This document shows, in pieces, positions 5,648 through 11,890 of a DNA stretch of 36,861 bases. The translations under genes were made by a program, and so were the position numbers. Source of the stretch: a virus (taxonomy: Duplodnaviria; Caudoviricetes); the IMG/VR virus record IMGVR_UViG_3300021133_000014, positions 1 through 36,861 of that record. One strand, written 5' to 3'. Position 1 is the first letter of the stretch. Each line of letters opens with the position of its first letter. The notes beneath the pieces are model-generated. The model had not been told where the DNA came from, searched no databases, and saw nothing but the letters and a program-made list of their open reading frames with translations.

Positions 5648-6045
5648 TGTGACGTAAGCGACTCTACGCTGGTAATAAGTCCGTTCGAATCGGAAGTTGA
5701 TGAAACTAGGCTTGACAATGGTTCAAGATATTACCAGAGGAAATTCGCCTCTGTACAGCAGATGTTGGGAGAATGTAACGTGGGTAAAACCATAAAATAG
5801 TCGGAGGAAACTTAAAGTGAAAGACTTTAAGGGAAAACAGGTAGACAAGTAATCCAATACACGTCCGATAGTTCCTGTTCATTACATTCGTTTGTACCAC
5901 AAATTAACAGTAATCCTAAAGTTCCAAAGGCTAGTGTTGGCCGATGTAAAGGAAAGGTTGGAGCAGTTCTCTTTAACGGAGAACCAGTAGAAATACTGAG
6001 ATAAATGTAGAGATAAAACAAAACGGCGGTTACGGCTACGTCACA
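5648..6045 (+). ncRNA. rnpB: divergent bacterial-type RNase P RNA (phage-encoded)
   Basis: P1 TGTGACGTA/TACGTCACA; P2 CTCTAC/GTAGAG; P3 CTGGTAATA/TATTACCAG; CR-I GAGGAAATTCGCC pairs with CR-V ACAAAACGGCGGTTA (P4 with bulged U); P5 CTGT/ACAG; P15 TCC/GGA with GGT in L15; P18 CAGTA-GAAA-TACTG; CR-IV AGATAAAT. Confidence 0.85.
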
Positions 6046-6049
6046 AAAT

Positions 6050-6123
6050 GGGGTCATCGTCCAATGGTAAGACACGACGCTGGCAGTGTTGAAATAAGGG
6101 TTCGATTCCCTTTGGCTCCACCA
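6050..6123 (+). tRNA. tRNA-Ala(GGC)
   Basis: GGGGTCA/TGGCTCC with G3:U70, A73, CCA; loop CTGGCAG. Confidence 0.92.
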
Positions 6124-6126
6124 ATT

Positions 6127-6316
6127 TAGATACGGTAACAGCAGATAAAAATATCTAGCTAAAAAACAAGCCTAACAAGGCTCACAATCCTGTCTTTGAC
6201 AGGGGTAGCAGTGACTACTGTAAAAACGCCCAACAGAGTAAAGTTGTAAAAAGACCACTCAACAATGGATAAGTTGTAAAAATGGTCCAGGAGATAACCT
6301 TAAAATTCTGTATCTA
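6127..6316 (+). ncRNA. candidate ~190-nt multi-hairpin RNA of unknown class
   Basis: Terminal stem TAGATACGG/CTGTATCTA enclosing about 7 short hairpins with A-rich linkers; no ORF. Confidence 0.55.
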
Positions 6317-6366
6317 GTCTTCTATATTATGAGAAGATACAATTCCCTCTTGTGAGGGAGTTTATG

Positions 6367-6440
6367 GGGGCCGTGGTAAAGTGGGAATACGTTTCACTCG
6401 CAATGAAAAGGCCCGAGTTCGATTCTCGGCGGCTCCACCA
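6367..6440 (+). tRNA. tRNA-Ala(CGC)
   Basis: GGGGCCG/CGGCTCC with G3:U70, A73, CCA; TTTCA-CTCGCAA-TGAAA. Confidence 0.92.
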
Positions 6441-6530
6441 ATTTTGTAAGTTTTTATACTTATATTGTCATATTTATTATCACAAACCCCAATGGTTTGT
6501 TGAAATAACAATTAACATAAAGGAAAAAAT

Positions 6531-6704
6531 ATGAGTATCGTAATAGTAGCATCCATTGTCGGTGTTGTAACATTTATCGTCGGCGTATTGGTCGGACGTA
6601 AACACGTCGCAGTAGTCAATAAAGTAGTGGCCGATGCAGTAGTAGTGGCAACAACCGCAAAAACAGTAGTGGCAGAAGTCTCTACTGATGCAAAGAAACT
6701 TTAA
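6531..6704 (+). CDS. 57-aa single-pass membrane protein, Val-rich
   Basis: MSIVIVASIVGVVTFIVGVLVGRKH...; AAGGA Shine-Dalgarno upstream; hand translation. Confidence 0.65.
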   Translation: MSIVIVASIVGVVTFIVGVLVGRKHVAVVNKVVADAVVVATTAKTVVAEVSTDAKKL

Positions 6705-6715
6705 GTTGTCTTTAT

Positions 6716-6789
6716 TGGGGATTTGTATAATGGTATTACAGTCGGCTCTGAACCGATAGACGAAGGTTCGATTCCTTCATCCCCAGCCA
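6716..6789 (+). tRNA. tRNA-Gln(CTG)
   Basis: TGGGGAT/ATCCCCA, G73, CCA; GTCGG-CTCTGAA-CCGAT. Confidence 0.93.
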
Positions 6790-6796
6790 GTTTCAT

Positions 6797-6832
6797 AAAA
6801 CACCTTCCATTTTTGGTTGGTGTTTTCTTTTT
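6797..6832 (+). terminator. probable intrinsic terminator
   Basis: AAAACACC...GGTGTTTT stem followed by CTTTTT. Confidence 0.5.
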
Positions 6833-6879
6833 GATGTTATAATATCATTTGATATATTTATATTATAACTCACCGTTTT

Positions 6880-6973
6880 GGTTGTGTGGCTGAGTGGCTA
6901 TAAGGCACCTGATTGGAAATTAGGAGGTTCGGTGAAAGCCGGCCCGTAGGTTCGAATCCTATCACAACCGCCA
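6880..6973 (+). tRNA. tRNA-Ser(GGA)
   Basis: GGTTGTG/CACAACC, G73, CCA; loop TTGGAAA; long variable arm. Confidence 0.93.
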
Positions 6974-6977
6974 TTTT

Positions 6978-7199
6978 ATGTTTAATTGGATACGAAACTG
7001 GTTTAAAAAAGAAGAACCTGAGATAACTACCAAGTTCATCTTACCAAATGGCAAACCATTTAATATCGATTCTTTAAGAATTCAATTAGATATGGAATCA
7101 TGTCCTCTTCATACGGATTATACCGGCTCAACTCCACCAATAAATAATTGTAACATTTGTTGGGAATATCATAGCAGAAAACACCGTTGGTCTAAATAA
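6978..7199 (+). CDS. small hypothetical protein with Cys/His cluster
   Basis: CPLH...CNICWEYH; sits between two tRNAs with 4-nt gaps on each side. Confidence 0.6.
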   Translation: MFNWIRNWFKKEEPEITTKFILPNGKPFNIDSLRIQLDMESCPLHTDYTGSTPPINNCNICWEYHSRKHRWSK

Positions 7200-7203
7200 T
7201 TTT

Positions 7204-7295
7204 GGTTAGTAGGTAGATGTTGGTTCGCTACGTTAGTTTCGAAAACTAATCCGGCATTGCGTCCGGCGGGGGTTCAATTCCCTCATTAACCGCCA
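7204..7295 (+). tRNA. tRNA-Ser(CGA)
   Basis: GGTTAGT/ATTAACC, G73, CCA; TTAGT-TTCGAAA-ACTAA; long variable arm; A instead of U at position 8. Confidence 0.87.
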
Positions 7296-7308
7296 TTTTA
7301 TAATCTTC

Positions 7309-7337
7309 TTGACTTCCTTCTACAACACTGTTAGTAT
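7309..7337 (+). promoter_or_regulatory. sigma70-like promoter TTGACT-N17-TAGTAT
   Basis: GTG start at 7344 follows 6 nt after the -10 box. Confidence 0.6.
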
Positions 7338-7343
7338 TTAACT

Positions 7344-7974
7344 GTGAAACTAACAATCATAGGCGATGGTGTTTTTGGAACATTCCTCAAAGAACTTCTC
7401 AAAGACAAATTTGAAATAGGCCCTGGCTCGGAAGCATTTGGGGCCCCAAGTATTATATTAGCTGTACCTATCTCCGCCCTATCATGGTCTGGCTGCGCAG
7501 ATGTGGGATAAACACCTAATCAACGTGTGTAGTGTTCAAAAACCGTCCACGGACATCCTTCTACAATACACCGATAGAGTTACTAGTATCCATCCTCTAT
7601 TTGGAAAACGAACAACTGCCAATAAGAGAAATTCAATTCTCACACACTCGTATGCCGCCTGCAATGATACTTGGTTGTCAGAAGATACTCTTGAATCTGA
7701 TTTCTTGAATATTTGGTCAACCGTTTCAACCGTTCAAATAAACGACGGAATAGGTCAAAAATTTACTACCGATTCTCATGATGCCTTGATGGCAAAAACC
7801 CATCTTGCAGCATTAATGGCCGCCAAACAACTCAAGGTTTATACTGATAGAGTGGCAAATGTTCCTGATGAATTGATTCCTCAAAGTTTTCGTCTTATGA
7901 GAGAATTCGTAAAGACTCTTGATGATATGCCGTCCGGAACCGTCGAAAGCATCATGGCAAATCCATACTTTTAA
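7344..7974 (+). pseudogene. tyrA: prephenate dehydrogenase (TyrA-like) split by a +1 frameshift (pseudogene, programmed shift or assembly error)
   Basis: Frame 1 gives MKLTIIGDGVFG (Rossmann) ...IILAVPISA and stops at 7511; the +1 frame gives NVCSVQK, HPLFG and HDALMA, the TyrA motifs. Confidence 0.75.
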
Positions 7975-7980
7975 AATAAG

Positions 7981-8008
7981 TTGATATCTTCTACAACTCT
8001 GATAATAT
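7981..8008 (+). promoter_or_regulatory. sigma70-like promoter TTGATA-N16-TAATAT
   Basis: ATG 8015 follows 6 nt after the -10 box. Confidence 0.5.
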
Positions 8009-8014
8009 CATCAC

Positions 8015-8698
8015 ATGATTGACAAACCAAATTTGACTGACAATGAAATTCAAGAAAATTATCAAGAATTTATAAAATTTATAAGTAGCGTTTTTAAAGG
8101 CGACCGAAAGACGAAACTTCTAAAGATGTATTCTGAAAATGAGGATTCTTTGGGATTATCATTAGCTACGGCTCCGGCCGCTATGTGTGAACATTATCAT
8201 CTCTGTCATCCCGGCGGATATCTACAACACATCATGAATGTCATTAAAATGTCATTCGCCTCAAAGAAATTATTCGAAGTGGCCGGTTGTAATATAGACT
8301 TCACAGATGAACAGATGGTCTTCGCAGCGATGCATCACGATTTGGGTAAATTGGGCGACCCGGAGTTTGGTGAATACTACTACCCACAAGACCAAGATTG
8401 GAAATACAAAAAGGGCGAATTCTATAAAATGAATCCCAATCTACCTTATATGGAAGTAACCGATAGAGCCGTATTCCTTCTACAAAAATTCGGAGTTGTT
8501 TATGATTGGAAAGAATATCTCGGTATTAAATTGGCAGATGGATTGTTCAATGAAGGTACTGAAAAATATTTGAAACAATATAACCAAGACCTATATTTGA
8601 AAACGAATTTACCACGAATCATTCACAGCGCAGATTATTCTGCCTGTCGTGGCGAATATGATAAATGGTTTTTTTCTAAAAATGAAGAGAGAATTTGA
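8015..8698 (+). CDS. HD-domain phosphohydrolase, YhaM-like
   Basis: APAA...HYH...GGYLQH...HHDLGK...IHSADY. Confidence 0.8.
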   Translation: MIDKPNLTDNEIQENYQEFIKFISSVFKGDRKTKLLKMYSENEDSLGLSLATAPAAMCEHYHLCHPGGYLQHIMNVIKMSFASKKLFEVAGCNIDFTDEQMVFAAMHHDLGKLGDPEFGEYYYPQDQDWKYKKGEFYKMNPNLPYMEVTDRAVFLLQKFGVVYDWKEYLGIKLADGLFNEGTEKYLKQYNQDLYLKTNLPRIIHSADYSACRGEYDKWFFSKNEERI

Positions 8699-9030
8699 TA
8701 ATCATGCCAATAATAAATACAAATGAGGATGTATTGATGGTCAGATGTGAATGTCACTCACATGTATTAGAAGTGACCAATGATACTCTCGGCATATGTG
8801 ATGACATCGCCTCCGTTTTTTATTTTTCCATATGGAATCAATCACCAATCCCATATTGTTTTAGTGATAGGTTAAAAATGATTTGGCAGTTGATTATAGG
8901 TAAAAATCTTTCAGGTAGTGATGTTATAGTTAGTATAGAAGATGCAGAAGTTATTTCAAAGTTTCTATCTGATAAAGTAAAAACAAGTAGAATGCAGTAT
9001 AAAAACTGGAAACAAAAACATGGCAAATGA
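8695..9030 (+). CDS. hypothetical protein
   Basis: ORF in a packed operon; RCECHSH motif; start may be ATG 8704. Confidence 0.6.
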   Translation: MIIMPIINTNEDVLMVRCECHSHVLEVTNDTLGICDDIASVFYFSIWNQSPIPYCFSDRLKMIWQLIIGKNLSGSDVIVSIEDAEVISKFLSDKVKTSRMQYKNWKQKHGK

Positions 9031-9304
9031 AAAAACAAAACGGACACATTCAGACGCAGTTCCTAATCTGATGATTCCCATTAATGAATTGGTGGAACAA
9101 GAAACTTGGACTCCTGGTCAGGCATCTACACGTTACGTAGTTGTTCGTGGAGGGTTACGAGTTTCCGACAAAGATTATTCAAATCCTGACGAACAGAGAG
9201 CGCTAGATGAAAAGACGTTTTGGCAAAAAGTCGTAAAACGTTGGCCGGATGGGACGAAAGTAGAAATCGTACAATTCGATAAGAAAAAACATCGTATTTG
9301 GTAA
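9020..9304 (+). CDS. hypothetical protein
   Basis: Overlapping operon ORF. Confidence 0.65.
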   Translation: MANEKTKRTHSDAVPNLMIPINELVEQETWTPGQASTRYVVVRGGLRVSDKDYSNPDEQRALDEKTFWQKVVKRWPDGTKVEIVQFDKKKHRIW

Positions 9305-9308
9305 ATTC

Positions 9309-9629
9309 ATGAATACTACACCAAAAAGTAGAAAATCGGCAGAGATTCGAGCCGTTGTAAACTCTTCGAGTTCTTTTGAAGAAAAGAAAGCAGCCGTGAA
9401 GGAGATAATGAAATATGGGAATACTCCCATTATGTATGCTCCACATGAAGGAGCATTTAAACCGACACCAGAACCAGGACTCTCAAATCTAATTGAGAAT
9501 GCAATGACTAAACAAGAAGTTAATAATCTTCTAATAAAAGGAGAGTCTGATTATAAAAATGTTAGTCCAAAAACAGTAAGAAAATGGCGGAAGGTCGCCA
9601 GTAAAAGATTGACCGAACTTACTAACTAA
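9309..9629 (+). CDS. hypothetical basic protein
   Basis: ORF followed by a terminator. Confidence 0.65.
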   Translation: MNTTPKSRKSAEIRAVVNSSSSFEEKKAAVKEIMKYGNTPIMYAPHEGAFKPTPEPGLSNLIENAMTKQEVNNLLIKGESDYKNVSPKTVRKWRKVASKRLTELTN

Positions 9630-9651
9630 ACATTCATACAAGTTAATACGT

Positions 9652-9688
9652 AAACGTGGTAGAGAAATCTGCCACGTTTTTCTTTTTT
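9652..9688 (+). terminator. intrinsic terminator
   Basis: AAACGTGGTAGA-GAAA-TCTGCCACGTTT followed by TTCTTTTTT. Confidence 0.85.
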
Positions 9689-9722
9689 GCATTTGTTTCG
9701 TTATAGTTATGTTGAGAAAGAT

Positions 9723-10088
9723 ATGGCAGCAAAAAAGAATACAAACGATTCACCGTCTTTATATGTCCTACCGTCTGAAAATAAGGACTTGCAATCTTTT
9801 TCTCAAAAATTCAAAGTTGATATGATGGAACAAGTTGTAAACATCATTGAGTTCGCCTTAGAACATAACTTACCTCTCGTTGAAGTATTCCAATTCAAAA
9901 ATTCTGATTTTGTAATAACATTATCAGAAAAAGATTATTTGACCAATCTTGATAACATATATTCATATTATATGAAAAATGAAACATATGAACATTGTAC
10001 AAGGGTGGTTAGGTTACAAAAAACACTAAAGGAAAAGTCCACAAATACAACTACAACTGATGAAAACAAAACGCATCGACCAAACTAA
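9723..10088 (+). CDS. hypothetical protein
   Basis: Start moved to ATG 9723 (MAAKK), past the terminator. Confidence 0.7.
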   Translation: MAAKKNTNDSPSLYVLPSENKDLQSFSQKFKVDMMEQVVNIIEFALEHNLPLVEVFQFKNSDFVITLSEKDYLTNLDNIYSYYMKNETYEHCTRVVRLQKTLKEKSTNTTTTDENKTHRPN

Positions 10089-10791
10089 AGTTCAGGACAC
10101 AAGCCCGAGTATTCCACAACGTAATAAAATCAAAAATCAATTATCAATTCGCAAAAGAGAATTAAATGATAAACAAAAGCAATTCTTAGAAGTTGCTATG
10201 AATAAAGATACAAAAATAGTATTTGTATCTGGACCAGCAGGAACATCAAAGACGTATATGGCAGTATACGCGGCCCTTCAAATGTTAAATGAAAGAAGAG
10301 TTAGTGATTTGATTTACATTCGTTCTGCAGTTGAATCGTCAGAATCAAAACTCGGATTTCTACCAGGAGAAGCAGACGATAAAATGGCTCCTTATCTAGC
10401 TCCGTTAGTTGACAAGTTGATGGAATTACTACCGGTACAAGAAATTGAGGGACTTAAAAAAGAAGAAAGAATATCTTCTGTTCCTGTAGGGTTCCTAAGA
10501 GGGTTGAATTGGAATGCTAAGGTTATAATTTCTGATGAAGCTCAGAACATGACCGTGAAAGAACTATTCACATTGATAACCAGAACAGGCGAATTTAGTA
10601 AAGTATTTATATTAGGTGACGCTGACCAATCAGATATTAACGGTAAGAGTGGTTTTATAAAAATGATATCTTATTTTGATGATGAGGAATCAAGAGCTAA
10701 CGGAATCCATGTGTTTAAATTCACAGAAGATGATATAGTAAGAAGCGCTCTAGTCAAATTCATCATAAAAAAAGTCAAAAAAACTATTTAA
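10060..10791 (+). CDS. phoH: PhoH-family ATPase
   Basis: GPAGTSKT, LGFLPG, FLRG, DEAQN, TRTGE, GDADQSD, DIVRS. Confidence 0.95.
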   Translation: MKTKRIDQTKVQDTSPSIPQRNKIKNQLSIRKRELNDKQKQFLEVAMNKDTKIVFVSGPAGTSKTYMAVYAALQMLNERRVSDLIYIRSAVESSESKLGFLPGEADDKMAPYLAPLVDKLMELLPVQEIEGLKKEERISSVPVGFLRGLNWNAKVIISDEAQNMTVKELFTLITRTGEFSKVFILGDADQSDINGKSGFIKMISYFDDEESRANGIHVFKFTEDDIVRSALVKFIIKKVKKTI

Positions 10792-10808
10792 TCGTATATT
10801 TATTTGTT

Positions 10809-11888
10809 ATGAGTCAAAATAAGAGGGTGTCTGAATTATTGTCATTGGCGGCGACTGATATACAATCAAATGATGTATTCTTCGTAACTGATACAAGCCA
10901 ACGAGAATCTAAGCAATTAGAGGTGGGTCAACTTCTATTATTTGTAGAAAATAGTGGAAGTTTCCCGGCATACAAAGCCACGCTGGCAGACACCGCATCT
11001 TATATAGACTCATCTAATATACATGGAATTGTTGCAGTTGCAACAATTTCCAGTCAATCAATATCATCTAGTTACGCCGGTACAGTTATATCAGCATCTC
11101 ATGCTATACAATCCGACACAGCTAGTTATTCGGCATTTTGTGTAACTACTATGCCTAGCGCCGATACCGCATCTTTCCTGAAATATACTGGTACACCAAA
11201 TGGTACATCTTCATATTCGGTTAAAGCTAATTCGGCAGATTCATCTACTACCACGTTAAATTTGTTTTATAGTGGATTACCGAATGGAACAGCGTCATAT
11301 TCAATGAATGGAACGTCGGCATCATATTCTATTATATCAAGTAACTCAACATCAGCATCACATGCCGTATCATCCGATACATCGAATTACTCAATCAGTT
11401 CTGGAACGTCAGCGACTGCAAATTTTGCAACATTTGCCACAACTGCCGGACAATCTACAACTACCATAAACGCGGATACCGCCAGTTATATCGCATTAGG
11501 AACTCCATCACTTAGAGCATTTGCCATGGTTACGGGAAGCGATGCTAGTAATAAAGATACGGATACATTAACTATAGTTACTGGATGTAATATTAGTTCT
11601 GTGGTTTCTCTTGGTACTTTGGCAATTTATTCCGGGTCTAACCATACTCAATTCTGTTACGGCGTAACATTTTTAAATCCAATAAATACAACGAATTATA
11701 TCATCGTCGGTAATGCGTGGGAAATTGCCGGTACAAATGGAGCTGAGGTAGGTGTTGTATTTTTACCACAAACTCACTCTATGTTAAATAATAGGTCGAC
11801 TACATCGTTTACTATGTCAATACAAGGGACGTGGGATAACACGCCGAACGAACCCTGGGGAATGAATTTTCAAGTAATAGGATATTAA
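10809..11888 (+). CDS. Ser/Thr/Ala-rich tail-fibre-like virion protein
   Basis: Repeated (AD)TASY/SASHA units; fibre-type N-terminus KRVSELL...DVFFVTD. Confidence 0.55.
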   Translation: MSQNKRVSELLSLAATDIQSNDVFFVTDTSQRESKQLEVGQLLLFVENSGSFPAYKATLADTASYIDSSNIHGIVAVATISSQSISSSYAGTVISASHAIQSDTASYSAFCVTTMPSADTASFLKYTGTPNGTSSYSVKANSADSSTTTLNLFYSGLPNGTASYSMNGTSASYSIISSNSTSASHAVSSDTSNYSISSGTSATANFATFATTAGQSTTTINADTASYIALGTPSLRAFAMVTGSDASNKDTDTLTIVTGCNISSVVSLGTLAIYSGSNHTQFCYGVTFLNPINTTNYIIVGNAWEIAGTNGAEVGVVFLPQTHSMLNNRSTTSFTMSIQGTWDNTPNEPWGMNFQVIGY

Positions 11889-11890
11889 TT

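Noticed and set aside
5648-6045. Alternative identities for the long RNA: tmRNA, group I intron, GOLLD/ROOL-type RNA
   Set aside because: There is no Ala acceptor end or tag frame, no interrupted host gene, and it is shorter than those large RNAs. The ordered CR-I/CR-IV/CR-V motifs and the P4 pairing fit RNase P.
5706-6075. ORF-track minus-strand ORFs 5706..5900 and 5827..6075
   Set aside because: They are antisense to the RNase P RNA and tRNA-Ala and show no protein-like features.
6212-6290. Repeated CAAC...GTTGTAAAAA units as a mini CRISPR array
   Set aside because: Only 2-3 short imperfect units with irregular, very short spacers and no cas genes; better explained as RNA hairpins.
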